Part shown: piece by piece, positions 14,501 to 21,734 of the stretch
Position numbering within the stretch: the first letter of the stretch is position 1
Layout of the letters: each line of letters starts with the position of its first letter
Origin: a virus
Lineage: Duplodnaviria; Caudoviricetes
DNA length: 25,248 nt
Virus record (IMG/VR): IMGVR_UViG_3300017778_003833
Span: 1-25,248 of that record
Strand: one strand, 5' to 3'
The notes under the pieces: model-generated
Told to the model about the DNA's origin: nothing
The model's database searches: none
What the model saw: only the letters and a program-made list of their open reading frames with translations
Program-made: the position numbers and the translations under genes

Positions 14501-14773
14501 TTCGTTCAGCTCGTATCCATTAATTGGAGTACCAGCAGTTGTCTTGTAGAAGAAAGGTACACCAAATGTTGCAGCAAGATCTCGCTGACTGGTGATAGTA
14601 TAAATTCTGTTGGCATTGACAGCCAGTGTACCTGCTGCTACGCCAGTGCCGGCGCCAGAAATTTTGTTCTGTGCAGTGGCAATAAGAATATAAGGTACAG
14701 TGTTAGTCGCTGCGGGAATATAGTTACTCTCGTCAATAACGGTAACTTGTACGCCAGGTGATGTAAGTGCCAT
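11516..14773 (-). CDS. gp18: Contractile tail sheath protein (T4 gp18-like), 1085 aa
   Basis: N-terminal SPGVQVTVIDES. C-terminal PWLAPAGIRRG, INPI, ALNRINVARL, FEPND and IEPVKAVEFIYI. Confidence 0.96.
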   Translation of the reverse strand: MALTSPGVQVTVIDESNYIPAATNTVPYILIATAQNKISGAGTGVAAGTLAVNANRIYTITSQRDLAATFGVPFFYKTTAGTPINGYELNEYGLMAAYSCLGISNRAYVQRVDIDLAELTATLVRPTGSPDAGTYWFDTDDSLYGIFEWNETTGVFTNQVPLVLTSITQIETSPSTLPLQSVGTIGDYAINALNANNPVYYKNSSNEWVLIGSDAWKLSWATAQGSVAPTTLTAGGVFTVNNTPITVAASPNNTVSVVVSNINSANIIGVTAVNEDGRLTIYADSTATSDGSTANGGIVTILNVTGIALTQLGITEGSYYAPGFLQSPNYQVPRWRTSDDEPKPTGSIWNKITSVNQGASLVVQKFSGTLGVFVTQSCPLYTNDETANKTLDPTGGGKNIPVGTTYAQYDVNGDNTFTFQLLERMESGAMNATGETIDPVFINNTTFNLQASAPNSTALTTSVTVTLAGTAPADFISAVSGANVPYVGASLNATGQIVMTHSAGGVIVVEDQTGSPITTAGLDQAVNAREEPQGGYILSNWVQLDYTASVSAPDQDPANDRLWYYSTTSEADIMINGNSGWQGYQNVNNDVRGYNLTLTNAKGPQFSTTAPTTQNDTAQSPLVYGDLWIDTSDLENYPLLYRWEIVDGQDQWVKVNNADQTTENGVLFADARWAPNGSTDPITGTIPTITSLLTSNYLDLDAPDPTLYPTGILLFNTRRSGFNVKRFAVNYFNATTYPDDTLPDVTNAWVTTSGNRNDGSAYMGRLAQRALIVAALKSSIDTSTQAREEQIDFQLIACPQYPELATNMVALNNERNNTGFVLVDTPLRLSPEGTNILTWSTDNNGEGIPAGDGLSIGNQYMATFYPSCQTTDLSGSAIVQPATHMMLRTFIRNDEVAFPWLAPAGIRRGLVDNADRIGYIDAATGEFEQIGVRQGLRDELYNDNINPITVVPGVGITNFGNKTFTTISSALNRINVARLIAFMRSRLEQIGKQFLFEPNDQITRDEIANSVESLMIDLIAKRGIYDYLVVCDLSNNTPATIDRNELYVDIAIEPVKAVEFIYIPLRIKNTGEISAGSVASAQAAA

Positions 14774-14800
14774 TTGGATGGTTCCTTTTAAAGTTATGAA

Positions 14801-14806
14801 TATTTA
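14801..14806 (-). promoter_or_regulatory. Late-promoter box TAAATA for the sheath gene
   Basis: gaTAAATAttcataactttaaAAGGAaccatccaaATG. Confidence 0.8.
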
Positions 14807-14858
14807 TCGAATTCCTTTAAAACTAACAATCTACGCTGCCCTTGGCAAAGGTTCGCAT

Positions 14859-14864
14859 TAAATA
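14859..14864 (+). promoter_or_regulatory. Late-promoter box TAAATA for the HNH gene
   Basis: atTAAATAacactATG. Confidence 0.7.
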
Positions 14865-14869
14865 ACACT

Positions 14870-15217
14870 ATGAAACGTCCTATCTGCGCTGTGTGCAATC
14901 AAAGGTCTTGTGCGGTAAACTACCATCGTGACGAGGTGGTGCATTATCGAACACGCTGTGACAACTGTATTAGAAAAGATCGCAAGATGAAACCCCACGA
15001 GCCTCGGTGGAAAACTGGTGGTTACAAGAAAAAACCCACATGCGACTTATGTGGGTTTAAAGGCAGATATAATTCACAAACTCTGGTGTATCACCTTGAT
15101 GGTGATCTCAACAATGTTGAATCTAGAAATTTAAGAACTATTTGTAGAAACTGTGTAGAAGTTGTCAAGCGGCAGGATCTATCTTGGCAACAAGGCGATC
15201 TTGCACCTGATTTTTGA
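14870..15217 (+). CDS. Zinc-binding HNH-like protein (115 aa)
   Basis: Four CxxC pairs and the segment CDLCG...YHLDGDLNNVESRNLRTICRNC. Confidence 0.85.
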   Translation: MKRPICAVCNQRSCAVNYHRDEVVHYRTRCDNCIRKDRKMKPHEPRWKTGGYKKKPTCDLCGFKGRYNSQTLVYHLDGDLNNVESRNLRTICRNCVEVVKRQDLSWQQGDLAPDF

Positions 15218-15827
15218 GTTGATCAAACAAAGAATCAAACGTTCCGTTGTTGTCTAACTCGGCATCAAACTTGTGCCCAATCCAGGCCCATTCACTGGCA
15301 TGAATTTTTAGCTTGGTGATCTGATCTTTGGCCAGAGCCCACCCTATGTGTCTGGGTCCTCGATTTATTGACAACGCATAGTCATACCAGTATGGCAACG
15401 GGCCTCGGTTAATTCTAAACACCTGCCCACCGGTATTTTGAATTGACTTGATCTCATTGGGGAAGCGAACATCACTGATCACAATGTTATCTTGTGTTTG
15501 ACGTAGTTTGTTTTCTAAGCTAGCGATCCAAATATCATCGTGAAATCCCACGCGACAAACTTCAGTTCCCCAGTTCTGCAAAATCCACCGTGGGGTCAAG
15601 GCTGGCATATCTAATCGGTTGGCCCACCAATTATCCACTTGTTCGCGCCACTCTCTGCTTTGTCGAGTACGTCCTTCCAACATAGTACGATCCCACCCAA
15701 AAACTGCTGCCACTGCATCTTTGAGGCCGTTGGCAAAACTATCTCTGCGAAAGCCGTGAAAGTTAACCAAGTAGTCTGCAGCAGTGTCTTTGCCGCTGCC
15801 AATAAATCCCACTAGTCCTATGATCAT
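15165..15827 (-). CDS. Deoxynucleoside monophosphate kinase (T4 gp1-like)
   Basis: MIIGLVGFIGSGKDT P-loop, TPRWILQNWGTE, VISDVRFPNE and HASE. Confidence 0.93.
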   Translation of the reverse strand: MIIGLVGFIGSGKDTAADYLVNFHGFRRDSFANGLKDAVAAVFGWDRTMLEGRTRQSREWREQVDNWWANRLDMPALTPRWILQNWGTEVCRVGFHDDIWIASLENKLRQTQDNIVISDVRFPNEIKSIQNTGGQVFRINRGPLPYWYDYALSINRGPRHIGWALAKDQITKLKIHASEWAWIGHKFDAELDNNGTFDSLFDQLKNQVQDRLVAKIDPAA

Positions 15828-16378
15828 ATCACTGCCTTTATGTTTAGATGCCTTAGAGTTTGCTGCAAGAGATCAATCTGCCGACAACAATCATCTAACG
15901 CATGATGCGATGCCGGACGATTGTTGGTGAATGCCTGGGGAGTTGCCAGTGCTGCAGTATCCGGGCGTAACATGTATACTGTTCTAGCATCCCTTACTCG
16001 ATAGTATTGCCAAGGCAACGGTTTTTTATAACTCTTGTAGGCGTGTTCAAGAATGGTCATGTCAAACGTTGGTCCATTTGCCCATATAGAATTGCTCTGC
16101 CAGATCAATTTTCCCAGTTCGTCCAGCACTTGATCTAAAGGTTTACGGTCAACTTCAGTAAATGCTTCTTCTCTGGCTTCGCTGTTCTGAGTTGACCACC
16201 ATTGCAGGGTGCCATCCTCAATTTTGCGATCAAGTTGACTATCAAAATCAACCCTAGCATAGTATGATTGGTTGTAATAACCATCACCTACTGGGTCAAA
16301 TGACTGTGCTGCTACGGTGAGGATCAGAGCATCCGGAGTGGTACCCAACGTTTCAATGTCAATCATTAAATGTGCCAT
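15824..16378 (-). CDS. DEDDh 3'-5' exonuclease (DexA/Rv2179c-like)
   Basis: HLMIDIETLG, WANGPTFD, RDART and HHALDDC. Confidence 0.9.
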   Translation of the reverse strand: MAHLMIDIETLGTTPDALILTVAAQSFDPVGDGYYNQSYYARVDFDSQLDRKIEDGTLQWWSTQNSEAREEAFTEVDRKPLDQVLDELGKLIWQSNSIWANGPTFDMTILEHAYKSYKKPLPWQYYRVRDARTVYMLRPDTAALATPQAFTNNRPASHHALDDCCRQIDLLQQTLRHLNIKAVI

Positions 16379-16384
16379 TGAACT

Positions 16385-16413
16385 ATTGTAACAGAGTTTT
16401 TATAATTTGTCTT
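16385..16413 (-). promoter_or_regulatory. Sigma70-type extended -10 promoter for the exonuclease/kinase pair
   Basis: AAGACA-17 nt-TACAAT with TG at -15/-14. The ATG begins after a 6-nt gap from the -10 box. Confidence 0.65.
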
Positions 16414-16421
16414 GTGGAAGG

Positions 16422-17195
16422 TTAGCCAATCACCCAGGTCAATGGCTGTGATCCATCAATATAGTTGGCGAGTTCAAGAATCTTGGCATCCATTTGGGCT
16501 TGAGCTTCGGCTTTCATTGCTGTGCCATTTAACGTGCCGCCACCCTGTGGTCCGGCAATGGTACCAAACTTTTCACGAGCTTCACCGATGATCATCTTGC
16601 AGTTGGCCACCATGAAATCACGAATCCATTGAGAGATTTGAAAGTCTGATAACAAATGTGTTTCGGGTTTGAGATTGTAGGTCCAGAGTAAAACAACTTC
16701 GCCATCGCCTTTGGGTACACGGATTAGCTGAAGTTTTTTGGTTACTGGATTCCAGGTAAAGTTAATGAATCCGCCAAACATACGTGCTGCAAGCTCAACA
16801 TATTGAGTGTAAAAATCGTAAGTTGCAAGTCCGCCACTTTGATTAAAATTCAGCAAATAAACCTGCATCTGAGCCTGGCTAAAAGGGTCAAATGACGAAC
16901 TAAACGGCCCAGTGGCCAGGCCAAACGTTCTGCGAAAAATCTGTCGGACTTGTACAATTTCCTGGGGCAATGTGTAGATATTTACGTTGTTCATTAATTC
17001 CATGAAGGTGTAACTTTCTTCATAGGCCGCTTGCGCACGTTGTCGATACGTTCCAAGAGTTTTTTGATATGCTGCTTCGTAATGCTCGGCATCTAATTCA
17101 AGATCTATGATTTCTGCAGCCAGTTGCAGTTGCACATAGCTTATGAGATCTTGTTTTAAATTTTCTAAAAGCGGCTGATTTTCATTATGATTCAT
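16422..17195 (-). CDS. gp13: Neck/head-tail adaptor protein (T4 gp13-like)
   Basis: YVQLQLAAEIIDLELD, WIRDFMVANCK, REKFGTIAGPQGGGTLNG and C-terminal PLTWVIG. Confidence 0.88.
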   Translation of the reverse strand: MNHNENQPLLENLKQDLISYVQLQLAAEIIDLELDAEHYEAAYQKTLGTYRQRAQAAYEESYTFMELMNNVNIYTLPQEIVQVRQIFRRTFGLATGPFSSSFDPFSQAQMQVYLLNFNQSGGLATYDFYTQYVELAARMFGGFINFTWNPVTKKLQLIRVPKGDGEVVLLWTYNLKPETHLLSDFQISQWIRDFMVANCKMIIGEAREKFGTIAGPQGGGTLNGTAMKAEAQAQMDAKILELANYIDGSQPLTWVIG

Positions 17196-17199
17196 GTAC

Positions 17200-17220
17200 T
17201 ACTCCATTGTGGAGTATTTA
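17200..17220 (-). promoter_or_regulatory. Late promoter TAAATA (17215-17220) overlapping an RBS-sequestering hairpin (17200-17216)
   Basis: Minus strand gaTAAATACTCCA-caa-TGGAGTAgtacATG: a 7-bp stem whose 3' arm contains the SD GGAG. Confidence 0.8.
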
Positions 17221-18357
17221 TCGTGCCTTCAACAGTATCAAGTTCTCAGTTCCGCGCCCGTTAAATTTAGTCTCAGTGGCTTTGATGTCTTTGAAGAGTT
17301 TGCGTGCCGCTGGTGCCCCTGCTGCTGACAGTGTTTTGAGTTGTTCGGCGGGCTTGCGCAGAGTCTTTTGTAAACTATCGTTGGTGCTGAATCCAATAAT
17401 GGTGTTGTTTTTGACTGTAAAATTACCCACATGCTCGTCAGCCACCAGGTGTATGAGCTTGCGCTTTTTAGTGTCATATAACCAGGCTTCGCTTTTGTCA
17501 ACCAACTGTGCAGCCGGCAAGGACTTGAGACTGAGTTCAGCAAATTCTGCCTGTAGTTTGAACTTGGCTGCACGTTTTTCTGGGGGAACTGCTTTGACTT
17601 TGCGCGGCTTGCGCTCAACTTTCTTGATCTGCACATAACTGCCGCAGTCGGCAATCACCAGCTCGGCAAATTTTACAACATTGCGCATCTGCATCTTTGA
17701 GAAGTTGCTGTATCCCTCAACCAGTTGTGCATCTTTGCCGGCCACTACTTGCTCGTATTCTTCAAGTCTGCGTTTCCACACATCAGCAACTGTATTCACC
17801 ATCTGTGGGCTGATGTTCATGCCACGTATCATTGCAATGGGCTTGGTGTCAGCAGTGAGCTTTGCGCCCGCCACAACAAAGTCATCAAACATGCTGTCAA
17901 TTTCTGCAGCACATTCTCTAGCACGTTCACGCAAATGATCCTGGATGTTGGGTTTTGCCACTGCTGCGTCATCAGTGACCACTGGAGATTTAACTGGACG
18001 GTGTGCATCCAACAATTGTTTGACGGCTGTAGTGAGCTGGGACTGTTCGTGTGTGGACAGAGTCAGTCCCATGGTGCTCATTCTAGCCAACCATCCAATT
18101 GTAGGGCTGATTGCTTGCTCAGGTACATTTTTCCATGCACGGGCTTCGGCTCGCTGATCGCTGCGCTCTAGCCAATCCAACAGGAATGTTTTGGCATCAG
18201 GTTTGCTACAGTAATAATTATACCAGCCGAACGCCTGTGTCAGTGCGCTTTTGCGGTCTTCTGTGGGTTGTAGATCCCAAATGGGCTCGTCTCCAGTATA
18301 TTTGGTGTCTGGACCACGTGGAATAATGCGTTTGGGTGCTTTTTGAGTTGCAATCAT
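17218..18357 (-). CDS. Hypothetical protein (379 aa), probably early-expressed
   Basis: Long ORF with SD AAGGA and its own consensus sigma70 promoter. Helical N-part and basic C-domain. Confidence 0.85.
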   Translation of the reverse strand: MIATQKAPKRIIPRGPDTKYTGDEPIWDLQPTEDRKSALTQAFGWYNYYCSKPDAKTFLLDWLERSDQRAEARAWKNVPEQAISPTIGWLARMSTMGLTLSTHEQSQLTTAVKQLLDAHRPVKSPVVTDDAAVAKPNIQDHLRERARECAAEIDSMFDDFVVAGAKLTADTKPIAMIRGMNISPQMVNTVADVWKRRLEEYEQVVAGKDAQLVEGYSNFSKMQMRNVVKFAELVIADCGSYVQIKKVERKPRKVKAVPPEKRAAKFKLQAEFAELSLKSLPAAQLVDKSEAWLYDTKKRKLIHLVADEHVGNFTVKNNTIIGFSTNDSLQKTLRKPAEQLKTLSAAGAPAARKLFKDIKATETKFNGRGTENLILLKAR

Positions 18358-18384
18358 ATTAAGTCCTTTTTACTGATATAGATA

Positions 18385-18413
18385 ATTATAGCAATTTTAT
18401 GCTTTTTGGTCAA
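18385..18413 (-). promoter_or_regulatory. Strong sigma70-type promoter
   Basis: TTGACC-17 nt-TATAAT with an extended -10 (TGcTATAAT). Confidence 0.88.
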
Positions 18414-18433
18414 CAACTAAAATTCCCATACAA

Positions 18434-18439
18434 TAAATA
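18434..18439 (+). promoter_or_regulatory. Late-promoter box TAAATA for the gp14/gp15/NUDIX operon
   Basis: aaTAAATAgctaatAGGAccttatcATG. Confidence 0.8.
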
Positions 18440-18456
18440 GCTAATAGGACCTTATC

Positions 18457-19836
18457 ATGCCAAGACTTAGTTTATACCGCCCAAATCGTACCAAAGATTA
18501 TCAGTTTTTTGACCGTACTATTTCGGAGATGTACACCGTGGGCGGGATAGATCTCTACCTCCACAAATACATGGGACCAGTGCCTACAGCCCCTGATGAT
18601 TCATCGGCAGCAAACTCTGATGCCACTTTGCCAAATTACAGTCAAAGTAATCCCTTGTTTATTGAAGATTTACTGCTGTTAGAAAATAGAGATCGTGTGT
18701 ATGATCCTGATGTATACATTATGCGTGGTGTGTATCGCACACAAGACATTGATTTTGACTTGACTCAATTTGGTTTGTTTCTAAACAACGACACACTGTT
18801 TATTACTTTTCACTACAACGACATGATTGATACGTTTGGTAGGAAGTTGATGAATGGCGATGTGTTGGAAATTCCCAACTTAAAAGACTATCATCCGTTG
18901 AGTCAAGCCATACCCAAGGCCTTGCCTAAATTTTATGTTATCCAGGATGCCAGTTTTGCCAGCGAAGGCTTTAGTCAGACTTGGTTGCCACACCTATGGA
19001 GAATCAAAGCCACTCCCATGGTCAATGCACAAGAATATCAGTCAATTCTACAGCAGCCATTTGAACCTGACAATATCTGGGACAACGGAAACTTTTATCC
19101 CACCGGCAGCATTGTCAACGCCGACAACAAATACTATGTGGCAATTAAAAATATTCCACCTGGAACACCAATCACTAATACATTTTATTGGATTGAGAAG
19201 ACTGATCCAAATACCATTGCCGATAGTGCAAGTACAAGAAATAAAGATCTTGAAATCAATGATGCTATCTTGATACAAGCCGAAGCCGAAGTTCCACTGT
19301 CGGGCTACGACACTGTTAAGTTTTATATTTTACCAACAAACACCGACGGGTCACCGGCTGATCCAAGCACCTACACTTCTGATGACACCGCACCAGATGC
19401 AAGTCGCACTGTCACTAACGAGAATACCACTCCTCGTGCAGATGGTTATACCGCAGGATATCTAACTGGCGATGGTGTTGCGCCAAATGGATTGCCTGTG
19501 ACTCCGGGGGTTGCTTTCCCGTTACAAGCTCAACTTGGCGAATACTGCCTACGATTGGATTATTTCCCAAATAGATTGTTCCGTTTCAATGGCGCACGTT
19601 GGATCAAGATCGAAGAAGTGGTTCGTACACAGCTTACTCCTGGCTCAGAAAATAATACTTTGCGCTCGTCGTTTGTCAACAATACATACACTACATCATC
19701 TGATGATCTTGGGAACATCCCTAGTCGTCAGAGTCTTAGTCGCGCACTTAAACCGCTGGCAGACAATGGCGATCAAGGTGGCGACAAACCAAGAAAGCCG
19801 TACCCGGATACACAACCTGGACAGAAATCAAGTTAA
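18457..19836 (+). CDS. Neck/head-closure protein (T4 gp14-like) with extra domains, 459 aa
   Basis: IEDLLLLENRDRVY, LTQFGLFLNNDTLFITF and GDVLEIP resemble gp14. Lies directly upstream of the gp15-like gene. Confidence 0.7.
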   Translation: MPRLSLYRPNRTKDYQFFDRTISEMYTVGGIDLYLHKYMGPVPTAPDDSSAANSDATLPNYSQSNPLFIEDLLLLENRDRVYDPDVYIMRGVYRTQDIDFDLTQFGLFLNNDTLFITFHYNDMIDTFGRKLMNGDVLEIPNLKDYHPLSQAIPKALPKFYVIQDASFASEGFSQTWLPHLWRIKATPMVNAQEYQSILQQPFEPDNIWDNGNFYPTGSIVNADNKYYVAIKNIPPGTPITNTFYWIEKTDPNTIADSASTRNKDLEINDAILIQAEAEVPLSGYDTVKFYILPTNTDGSPADPSTYTSDDTAPDASRTVTNENTTPRADGYTAGYLTGDGVAPNGLPVTPGVAFPLQAQLGEYCLRLDYFPNRLFRFNGARWIKIEEVVRTQLTPGSENNTLRSSFVNNTYTTSSDDLGNIPSRQSLSRALKPLADNGDQGGDKPRKPYPDTQPGQKSS

Positions 19837-19839
19837 ACT

Positions 19840-21324
19840 ATGCAAAGTTTCTTTTATGATGGTCAAATCCGCAGATTCTTGCTGCAGTTCACAAGAGTCT
19901 TTTCAAACTTTCAAGTTGAGTTTGGACAGAACCAAGCTGGTGTGTCGCCACCTGACACCCTAGTACGTGTTCCGGTGCGATACGGCGATGCTAGTCGCAA
20001 TGCGCAAATCATTATTCAACAGAACTCTAGCAACTCAATGCCCTCAACTCCGTTGATGACATTTTATATTGTGAACTTAGACTATGACCGTGGACGCATT
20101 CAAGAGCCAACATTTGTGGACAAGATCAATGTACGGCAACGTTATTTTGATCGAGACACTGATACTTACGAAGTCACACAGGCCAATGCATTTACCATTG
20201 AACGTCTGATGCCTGTGCCTTACAAGCTCACATTAAATCTTGATATTTGGACATCTAATACCAATCAAAAAATGCAGTTGCTTGAGCAGATTCTAACACT
20301 GTTCAATCCCAGTCTGGAAATACAAAGCACAGACAACTACATTGACTGGACCAGTCTAAGTGTGGTAGAACTTGAATCAGTAAACTGGAGTAGTCGTACT
20401 ATTCCAAGTGGCACAGATGATCAAATTGATGTATGTACATTGCGCTTTGGATTGCCAATTTGGATTAGTGCTCCGGCTAAGATCAAGAAGTTAGGCGTGG
20501 TAGAACGTATTATTGCCAGCATTTACGACTCACAGGGCGATGCCAGCAATTCCATCATTGAAAGCGATTTATTACTAGGCACTCGCATTAAAGTTACACC
20601 TTATAATTATCAGGTATTGTTATTAAACGGGCAATTACAAATTTTGCAGCCGCAAGATGTCATCAGCGAACCCATAACAAGTCTCACACCACCGGATTCG
20701 CCAGTGCTAGATCAATTGGTATGGCCAAGTGTGATTGAACTGTATGGAGCATTGCGTCCAGGTATCAGTTATATCACGTTAGACAATCCCTGGGAACCTG
20801 ACACACAGATTGTTGGTACAGTGGCTATTAATCCTGCTGATGATAGATTTCTGCTATTCAGTGTAGACACAAGCACTGTACCTGCCAATACACTAGCACC
20901 AGTTGATGCTGTGGTGAACCCGTTGTTGAGTGCGCCTGGCGATGGGTTAGACTCTAGTTTAACTGGTCAAAGATATTTGTTCACTGAGTCAACTGGCGAT
21001 GTTAGTAATTCCGCGCAGGTATACAACCCTGAAGAAAGTGCATACTACACAGTTGATACGAACCCAACCGCCTGGCGCGGAGTCACCGGTCAGCCTCTTA
21101 TTGCACATGCCAATGACATAGTGGAGTTTGATGGACAAAGATGGATAGTTGCATTCAACTCACAATCACAAGGCGATGACATACAGTACGTAACAAATGT
21201 CATAACAGGTATACAATACAAATGGATTCCTGTATTGGTAGATCAATCTGATATACCCAATGGTCAGTGGGTAAAAAGTTACGATGGATTGTATCTTGGA
21301 GGAGCATGGAATCTTATATTGTAA
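19840..21324 (+). CDS. gp15: Tail terminator/sheath stabiliser (T4 gp15-like) with C-terminal extension, 494 aa
   Basis: FFYDGQIRRFLLQFTRVFSN, VPVRYG, MPVPYKL and QLLEQILTLFNP. Confidence 0.88.
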   Translation: MQSFFYDGQIRRFLLQFTRVFSNFQVEFGQNQAGVSPPDTLVRVPVRYGDASRNAQIIIQQNSSNSMPSTPLMTFYIVNLDYDRGRIQEPTFVDKINVRQRYFDRDTDTYEVTQANAFTIERLMPVPYKLTLNLDIWTSNTNQKMQLLEQILTLFNPSLEIQSTDNYIDWTSLSVVELESVNWSSRTIPSGTDDQIDVCTLRFGLPIWISAPAKIKKLGVVERIIASIYDSQGDASNSIIESDLLLGTRIKVTPYNYQVLLLNGQLQILQPQDVISEPITSLTPPDSPVLDQLVWPSVIELYGALRPGISYITLDNPWEPDTQIVGTVAINPADDRFLLFSVDTSTVPANTLAPVDAVVNPLLSAPGDGLDSSLTGQRYLFTESTGDVSNSAQVYNPEESAYYTVDTNPTAWRGVTGQPLIAHANDIVEFDGQRWIVAFNSQSQGDDIQYVTNVITGIQYKWIPVLVDQSDIPNGQWVKSYDGLYLGGAWNLIL

Positions 21325-21734
21325 ACGCAGTTGGTATTTGGTTTTTTAGTCGTACCTCGCGCAGATATCTTTACCTTCTTAGAAATGACACTCGGCATCC
21401 TGATTCCTGGGGCCTGCCTGGTGGTAAATGTGATCGCAATGAAAGCCTATTAGATGGAATACTGCGAGAGTGTCAGGAAGAACTTGGAATGAGTTTTGCG
21501 TCTAGTAGATTTTTACCCATAGAAAAATTCACCGGTGTTGAAGGAACATTTGTGTACAATACATTCTTCTGTGTAGTGGATCAAGAATTTCTTCCTATAT
21601 TAAATAACGAGCATCAAGGCTATGCTTGGATTGACTCTGGGGTCTGGCCAAGACCCATGCATCCGGGTCTTTGGAATACTGTCAATTTAGATACAGTGCA
21701 ACAGAAAATTCAATTGATTGAACAAGGATTATAG
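21306..21734 (+). CDS. NUDIX hydrolase (~142 aa)
   Basis: Nudix box WGLPGGKCDRNESLLDGILRECQEELG plus LNNEHQGYAW. Start uncertain; first ATG is at 21306. Confidence 0.92.
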   Translation: MESYIVNAVGIWFFSRTSRRYLYLLRNDTRHPDSWGLPGGKCDRNESLLDGILRECQEELGMSFASSRFLPIEKFTGVEGTFVYNTFFCVVDQEFLPILNNEHQGYAWIDSGVWPRPMHPGLWNTVNLDTVQQKIQLIEQGL

